Of a stretch of 64,000 bases of DNA, positions 12,101 through 64,000 are shown in pieces. Source of the stretch: Paraspadella gotoi (taxonomy: Eukaryota; Animalia; Chaetognatha); NCBI GenBank assembly GCA_051294375.1, contig CM119270.1, positions 12,889,117-12,953,116 of the forward strand, written 5' to 3'. Made by a program: the position numbers and the translations under genes. Under the pieces are notes generated by a model. The model had not been told where the DNA came from. It saw nothing but the letters and a program-made list of their open reading frames with translations, and did not search any database. Every line of letters starts with the position of its first letter. Position 1 is the first letter of the stretch.

Positions 12101-15100
12101 TTAAAGGAAAATGGTATTCATAGCTTTTTTTACAACTTTTCAAAATTAAACATAAAAATTTAGAAAATAATTTTTTTAAATTTTTTACGTCATTATAGCT
12201 TCAAAACTTAGGACGGACTTTTCAATAAAAAATTTTAATTTATTTTGCGGTTAATACTTTTAAGACTAGATGAGAAATAATTTAAAAAAATTTAGGCTTG
12301 GATGCGCAAAATTTTGAAATTTCTTTACAAATCCGTCAGGTCGGCAATTAAACCGATTATATCCCGACCATCTGATCCTCGAATATAAAGAAATTTTAGC
12401 CCCATATTTCGAGAGTTATGAGCAGCCCTAGAACTTCTGGATTCTAGAAAAAAGTTACTGTATTTTATAGGAGGTTGAAAAATCATTAAACGTTCTGCGA
12501 TTTGTGAGGCGCTCGAATCAGGCTGCGCAAATTTTTTTCAAGTTTTATCTTCCGTTTTCGTCTGATCTTTTACAAATTTTTATTTTCAACCTCTTAATCT
12601 CGGATTTCTCAAGCTGAATTTCCCTTCTCGTTTTTTAAAAAAAATGTTAACTAAATTCTTCCAAAAACTGCGTTTCTTTTTCGGCACGTGCTCTTTGCTG
12701 CAAACTGCTTACAATAATTTAATAAAATCTAATTGATATCAATAATTAAATATCTCGCCATACCAATCTTTTTGTTATCTTTTATATTTTTCATCAGCTT
12801 AAACTCTCTCTAGTAATTAATTCAACTACACTAATTTCTTTTCTCTTAATTTCTCCTTTCTTTCAAGCTGATTCTCATTTTATGTTTCTTTTCTATTCTT
12901 CCTAACGAAAGTTCAAGTTTTTCTCTACCTAATTTTACAAATTCACATTTTTTCCCCTCAAATTGTCATCTCCTCCTCTCACTTCCCATAATCTGTCTCA
13001 CTCCCCAAACATTCTCTGCCTTCAACCATTTCAATTCACGATTTCTCTTCACGTTCTTCACTTCATTCTTCATCTCACTCTACTCTTTCTCACTTACTTA
13101 CTCCTTCGGATCCTTCTCCCTCCACTTCGCCACGCCCTTTAATATTTCCCATCTTCTAACACTTTCAACTCACCTTCGTCGACTTCTTCACCTCTCACCT
13201 CGCACCTCAACCCCTGGAATCGACCCCCCGGCCTTTTTCAGCTCCCAGAATCGCATTGGTGGAATCTCGTTTAAAACTTTCTGGAGGGAGGCGATTTTAT
13301 TGCGAAGACTCCCCGCTGCTGCGGACTTTCGTGTTAGTCGTCGTTATCCAATTTTTTCCCCCCCGTTTCTCGTTCTCTCCCACCCCCTATTACCCTCAAC
13401 CCCTAACGCCCCCTCCCTTTCCACCCCCCGTCATTTAAATTTACGGACGACGTTCTTCCGGCGATCGCCGAGCCATCTTCCTCCCTCCCGCTCATGAAGA
13501 AAAAATGACCTAATAAGGAAACGGGAATAGGAAACGGAAACGGACCAATCGGACGCCCTTTAAATATAAAAAAATCTCCTTTTCGAAATTAAATCGATTT
13601 TAAACTTGAAACGATGGGACGACGACGACTTCTATTCTTTCGTTTTCGTCGTCGTCGTCGTTCGTCGTCTGTCTCTTTGGCGGAAGTTGGCGTTGCGCTC
13701 AGTGGGGAGGTTTCGACGACAGGAGGCGGGTTAAAGGGAAGAAGGGAGCTGGTAAGGGAAGGGGGAGATGGAAAAAGAGGTGTGGAATGATCTGGGGGCA
13801 GCGGGGCGTGAAAAATGGTGAACTGGTGAGTGATTGAGTCAATCGGAGGTCGAGAGCGAGTGAATTTTGATCGAATCTGTTGAATAGGGTGAGTTTTAAT
13901 GGTAAGGGTTAGATGGATCAATACCGGGTCGGCGTGGAGATATTAGAAAAGATAGCGCTTGCAGGTCTTCTTTCCTGATCAAAGAAAAGGACAGAATCTG
14001 ATGTGAGGAGAAAATCATAATTAATTTTCAAATTGTGACGTCGTCGTTCTGTCGTCGTTCGTCGCTCGACGAGCGAAAGGCTTACAGGTCCCTTAATGGT
14101 TTCGTTAAAATATTTATACAAGCTTTTAAGTTCTTTGGGTCTTAAATCCCCAATCTACGGTAGATTGGAAGCGGCGAAAAAAAAAAAAATAAATTTACCT
14201 CTGCTCTCTTTCTCTCTTCTCTCTCTCTCTTCCTCTCTCTCTTCTCTCTTCTCTCCTTCTCCCTCTCTCTTGCATAAAAAACATGGCGGCTCTGACATTC
14301 CATTCCAGACGACATCGAATTTTTAATTGAACTTAATCGAAGGATAAATAGATTTATTTGCCGTGTATTTTCTCAGTCACTCTTCTCTCTCTCCTCTCTC
14401 TCTCTTTCTCTCTCTCTCTCTATTCTCTCTCTCTCTCTCTCTCTTCTTCTCTCTCTTCTCTCTCTCTCTCTCTCTCTCCTCTCTTCTCAAACTAAAAATT
14501 TTAAAATTGATTTCACATCGAACAAGCACTGACACCGCGAGAGACAAGAGGGAGAAGAGAAATGGAACATGAGTATGTAAAAAAAAAGGTTAAAAAAAAA
14601 TGTAAGTAATGGTATTTTTCCGAGGCATCCTTTTTTTCAAAAAAAGAAAAAACTATTCTCCTAACATAATAATCTGTTAAAAAAAAAATCAATGATCGAT
14701 ATCATTCGAATAAATGAATTGTGAATATATGAATGTCTCGAATGTCAAGCGATTATGCAGTGCTAAGGATAAAGCTGATTTCGTCCTCTTTGGCTCCAAA
14801 TGTTGAGAACCTTCTCTTTTGAGTAAATTCTCCGAAGTGAAGACCCTTGATTGGAGGACTGGGGTTAGATTCTTTAGTTTGTTTTTTTAAGTTCCTTAAT
14901 AAAGGAAGCATCGTATACTAACATATTGTGCGAGAACGCGGGTTGCTATATTTTTATACTTAACAAAAGGATAAAGTCGCACCATTCACTTTTTAAAAAA
15001 ATATTCTATTATCTCTCTCTCTCTCCCCCCTTTCATTTTTCTCTCTTTTGTCTCTCTCCCTCCTCCTTTCTTTCGTCCCCCCCCCACTTTTTTTTAGCTC

Positions 15101-17497
15101 TTTTCACTCTTTTTTACAAACCTTTTTTTCGCATTTAATTCAGTCTTCACTTTTTTTTTCTCGCAAATTACTTTTTTTTCTCGAAAGATTAATGGCGTAG
15201 AATCTCTCACCGGGAAGGAGAATTCTTAGGTTTGAGACTCCGTTTAAATAATAAGTTTAAACAGAAGGTTTTGAGTTCCCTAAAATCAATATTATTCTTA
15301 CAATCGCCTCTATTTGAAAAACCTAAAAGGGAAGGAGAGCGACCTTTTCATTAGGTTGTTGGAGAATAGTGAGGAAGGGAGAGAGAGAGAGAGAAGAGAG
15401 AGAGATGAGAGAAGAGAGAGAGAGACAGAAGAAGAAGAAGAGAGAGAGAGAGACTTTGTGTGCTGTGTGTGTCTTAATTTTGAACAAACATCCTCAAAAT
15501 GCTATCTCAGATTAGCTGCTTCGATAGAAACGGAAGTGTTTCTATGCCCCAAAAGTTAAGCATCGATGCTGAAATATTTAATGTATAATTTGTGTATCGT
15601 TTTCAGTGAACCGCTTTGACCAATGTACAGGTTAAAATAAGGCGTACATATCTTCCATCGCCGATTTGTTGGGCATCTTCATGCAAAGTGAGAGGATTGA
15701 GTTGTTTCGGTGAGAACCTGGCTTACACTCAAATCACTCAAGTTTCTGTTTTGAATCAAATCCAAAGAAAAAGATCAAAGAAACTTGAATCGATCGTCGA
15801 AAAAAAAACGACTTCACTGTATCTCTCGCTTTTTCACTCCAGATTGGTTACCGTTAAGCACCATGAAAACGGCGTTTCTACGCTGTACCCATTATTTAAT
15901 TATAATCAATATAATATTTTTCATATAATAATTTAGACGTATCAAAATCGGTTAGGGGGACTCAGTTTTTTAAAACTTACTAAAACTTTTAAGTGTTCTT
16001 GCATAGAAGAGAGAGGCTTTAAAGTAAACCCTTATCTTAAATTCCTCTTCTGATTTTCTTTTAAATAAGGTAGGTTAGTGGCTCGGAGGTCGTCATGAGA
16101 ATCACGAACTAGAGAGAAAAACTCTTTAAACATTTCTTATACCGAATTATTATATAGTCAAAGAATACTAATGCCGAAATCCTTTTACCTTCTCCTTTTA
16201 TTTCATTAGTCCTCTTTCGAAGATAAAAAAATACTAAACTTAATATATTTTTTTTGAAAAAAAAGTCTCAGACTCTTTCGCGTTCTGTAAAAATAGATCT
16301 TATCCTTTGAAGATTAAAACTCTTTTAATAAAGAAAAAGGATGTTTGAGCGGCAGACTTTTAAAGAGATACATGCGACGCTGATCACTCGCACACTCTGA
16401 CTCACCACGCACGCACTTTTAACACACACAACACTCACTCCCAAATGGAATGCTCTAACCCGGCATTCTGTGGTTGTTGTTGTAATAAATTAATTGAATT
16501 TTCCCGGGTTACCGTCGGGCCAAAACCTCTCATCCGTTAAAATCGCTCAATTAGGGGACCGTTCTTGACATTTATTGTCTCTCACCGTGCATTCCGGAGG
16601 GATTACTCTATTTCTTTCTCTTCTTTTGTTTTCTTTTCTTAAGTTTTTTCCGTTGTTCTGTTGTTTTTCCGCTTGTTTTTAAATGACAATTTGATGTTAT
16701 TTTCATCACTTTTTTTCCCTCGAAGAAAAGGTTTTTTTTTATTATCAACAAACCTTCTTTACATCATTCGTATATCGTGAATTCCGCAAGTGAAAGATAT
16801 TGTTTGTCAGATTTGTTGATGCATTTTTCTTATCTTTCTTAATTTTTAATTACCAATTTTATCGAGTAAACAAATAATAAAACTGCCTCCAAACGTAAAC
16901 AAAAAGAAAAAAAATTCGTAGTTCAGTTCCCCCTTTTTTTTTTCTTTTAGTCCTCGTCCCTGTTTCGATGTGGGTCTCTCTTGGAAATGCTTGGCAAATG
17001 CCTTGGAATTCTTTGAGGTGCTTTTGATTCCTACTATTGGCTTCTTTAAAAGAAAGCGATTTCATTTACCAAATTTTCGCTTTGTTCAATTACTCAGACT
17101 GTCCCAGATATGTACCACACTGCCATAGTTGGGATATTTAATAGAAACATAATCTTGAAAGATATTTGTATATTTGTCGGTGCTTGTTACGTTCTTTAAA
17201 AACTTGAGACATTCTTGTAACAAATTCAATTACTATATCAACTTGAATAAACTTAAAATGTGTAATTATTGACTTTCTTAAACGTTTAGGATTTATTGCA
17301 TAATTTCTAATCGTTTCAATGCAGCATCAAATCTCTTTCAAACTTCGACTTTTAAATTCTTAAAGTATTGAAATAACAAAATGACAATAATGACTTTGAA
17401 GACGATGAAACGAAAGGGACAAACGACGTACGAGAGTTGTAAATCTTCCTGTCATCTGACAACCAAAATATTTCTTTAGAGATTTGAGCCACATTAA

Positions 17498-19899
17498 GAC
17501 ACCAATGAAAAAATGGCCCGTAACGTTACTGTTCCGGTTGCATAAAAAAAATTTCACTGTTCAATATTTTATTATCATTTCTTTTTATTTTTTTTGAAAC
17601 GTTATAGTTTCATATGTTGATATCCAAAATATCAATGCAAAATCTTTTTTTGTTTTTAGATAATGGACCTGAAGTATTAGTGGTTGAAAGATGATGAAGT
17701 TTTTAAAAAAGTACTTATCATATTTATTCAATAGAATTGTAATAGAAAAAAATAAAAAAAAATAATTAGTTTACTAATAGTTAGTGTTATGTTCTCAAAT
17801 AGTATGGAAAAAAAAACCTCATTTTAAAAATTTGATCGGGACAGTGGGTAATAAGGCTTCCAATTGGCATCCCTTCACGCCGATTGTTTCTCTTCAAATA
17901 ATTTTTTTTTATTTTAATGACATTTTTGAAAGGAAAAAAAAAAATTATGTAATGCAAGGGTTGCAGAAAGGGTACAGATTTAATTCTGGCTTATTGGACA
18001 TGATAACCATGACCTTTTATATTCTTGTGAAATGGGGGCAGTAAAGAAAATCTAAAAAAATTTCAAATCATTAAGTCAGCAATGAACCCTTTCTAATGGG
18101 CTCATTACTAGAAATATTTTTCTCTAATTAAAATGGATGAATAAATATTAAATTAAATTCCTTGCTATAATTTAAAAAAACATTATCAAATTACAATTTT
18201 AACACAATCGATGTTTTGCTTGTCAAATATGTTACACTATATAATTTTTTAAACTTTATTATGATAACAAGCAGTGTGTCAAGCTTTTATTTGCAGTTAA
18301 AAGATAATAAAAAATGACGATTTTTTACTTTACCAAGACAAGAAGTCTAGATGTCCAGACTGTTTGTATATCAAGCTGAAAACATTTTTTGTATTTATCA
18401 TTTTTTTAATATTTTCAAAAATACATTTTATCACAGTACCAAGCATAAATTTTGCTTATGTTTTTACTTTAACTGAAAAATATTAAAAGTAATTTTTATG
18501 GAATAAAAAATATTAATAATTAAACAAAATGTAATTCAGTCTTTCTTTTTTCAAATTACAAAGAAAAGAAAAATAAATTTCATATGCCTTCATTGAAATA
18601 TCTTTAAAGCCAAAAAAACTGTTATACTTTAACTCTGCATTTAAAACAAAAAGCTGCTGTAAAGATTTATGCGATTTAATTTAATAAAACTCTTTTAGAA
18701 TGGTTGTCCCATGATTAGGGCTTTAATTTGATACCACATCCACCTTGCCTACCTCTTTTCTTTCAAAAGTTATTTTAAAAAAATAACTTTTTTTTTAAAT
18801 TACGCAGTACAATATCTTTTGTTAAATAAAAATTCGGCAAAGCTGTAGTATCTCACTGGTTATTTCTATTGGCTACAATACTATAAATTTTCAAAATAAA
18901 ACTTGGAAGAATAAATTTTTTGTCATTTAGAGGATATATCACTTTCAGATGTACCCATCGCTATACATAATTTATTTTATTATCCCCCAAAAAAAGCCTA
19001 ATTTTAGCAAAAGGTTTTGAAATTTTTTCAAGATTGTGGATAAAAAAAAAATTTCGGTCCGAACCTATGCTCATTTTTGAGGAATAATTGGCTTATTGCA
19101 TAAAAAATCAAAATATTCAAAAAAAATAAAAAAATTCAGCCTCTAGAAAAATCGAAGGCTAGAGGCTGATTTTTTTTTAGAATTTGCAAAAATTTTTTTC
19201 CATGACTCATAAATCCATTATTCTCAAGGTTTCAAAATATTTTTTTCTAAAATCATTTCAATCAATTTTTTTTTATTAATTTCAAAATGTTTTTATTATT
19301 TTGTTTTTGTTTCGAAAGAATTGAAAAAAAAAAAAGTTTTCGAAAAATATAGTAATTATATAGGTTTTTTTTGGAAAATACCTTTAAAATAAAATTAAAT
19401 AATATAGACACAAGGGGAGTTAAGCCAGAGCAAAACTCCCATTCATAAAGGAAAATTTGAAACATGAATTTGTCATATTGTTTATTTACGATAAATTGAC
19501 TATTACAAACAAATTTGATTCATATAAATTGAGGAAAATGATGGGTTAAAAATTATTTATCTTGCGTTTCTCGGTCTAACTATTAGTGTTATCGTTTTAA
19601 AGTTTTGTTTTTCAATAATATTAATATTTTTTTTGCATTTTTATAAAAGCAATTGCGTCTAAATTTTTGTAAGCGTTCGAGCTATATTGCTTTATCTTTT
19701 TTTAATATTTTTGATCTTCTAGTTTAGCTTTTTTGTTGATGGTCAAGGGTTATCGGTCAGATACAGTAATGTCCAGTAGTGTTAATATCGCCACATATTA
19801 CCAAAAGTTAAGATGATCAATTAATTTGGCTCAGAAACAATTTTACAAGGGACAAAATCAGCACGAGACCGTTTTGCCACGTTATTTTTCATTGTGTTC
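17498..19899. mobile_element. ~2.4 kb insertion with short imperfect TIRs, apparently non-autonomous
   Basis: Left end gacaccaatgaaaaaat; right end reverse complement gaacacaatgaaaaata; flanked by attaa on both sides. Empty site gccacataaccgac at 8817-8830 and inverted at ~33071-33084. Confidence 0.7.
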
Positions 19900-19963
19900 A
19901 TTAACCGACTGAAGGAAGCGCCCTGGACGTATGGGTCATTTCAAATGGATCTTAATAATCTCT

Positions 19964-20022
<59 letters not shown>

Positions 20023-20087
20023 CCTTTCCACCACAAACTACCACAACACGCGCCCTATCCACCCCCCCCTAAAAATCCCCCCCACAG

Positions 20088-63885
<43,798 letters not shown>

Positions 63886-64000
63886 GTGAGGGGTGATTCA
63901 CTGGAGTGATTTGGGGGGGGGTGATTAACGCAAATAATTACGGGTGATACACTGAGGTGATTCGGGGTGATTCCCATCGGCGAATTGCGTATATTACATT

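Noticed and set aside
19133-19176. Hairpin cagcctctag...ctagaggctg followed by a T run, like a rho-independent terminator
   Set aside because: Eukaryotic context; it is an internal palindrome of the 2.4-kb insertion.

Overview
AT-rich animal (invertebrate-type) genomic DNA; the species cannot be identified from the sequence. Most of the window is the 5' part of a multi-exon perlecan (HSPG2/unc-52/trol) gene on the + strand. Phase-compatible GT-AG exons from 20088 to 63885 join to give Ig - Kazal - LDLa x3 - Ig - laminin EGF - laminin IV(B) - laminin EGF - laminin IV(B). The start codon and the C-terminus were not found in the window. The Kazal protease-inhibitor exon (reactive loop CTLEYDPVC) is not part of the canonical perlecan architecture and is the most interesting coding feature. 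A complete RAMP4/SERP1 gene with an intronless CDS and its own CCAAT-rich promoter is nested on the same strand in a perlecan intron. Positions ~2-41 kb are not unique sequence: the same intronic region occurs 2-3 times, directly and inverted, with indel-rich divergence and four 25-N gaps. This is most simply explained as two haplotypes plus uncorrected long-read gap filling. Comparing the copies shows four TIR-bounded insertions, each with both a filled and an empty site in the window. Most ORFs in the supplied track are artefacts of GA/CT microsatellites. All alignments and translations were done by eye.
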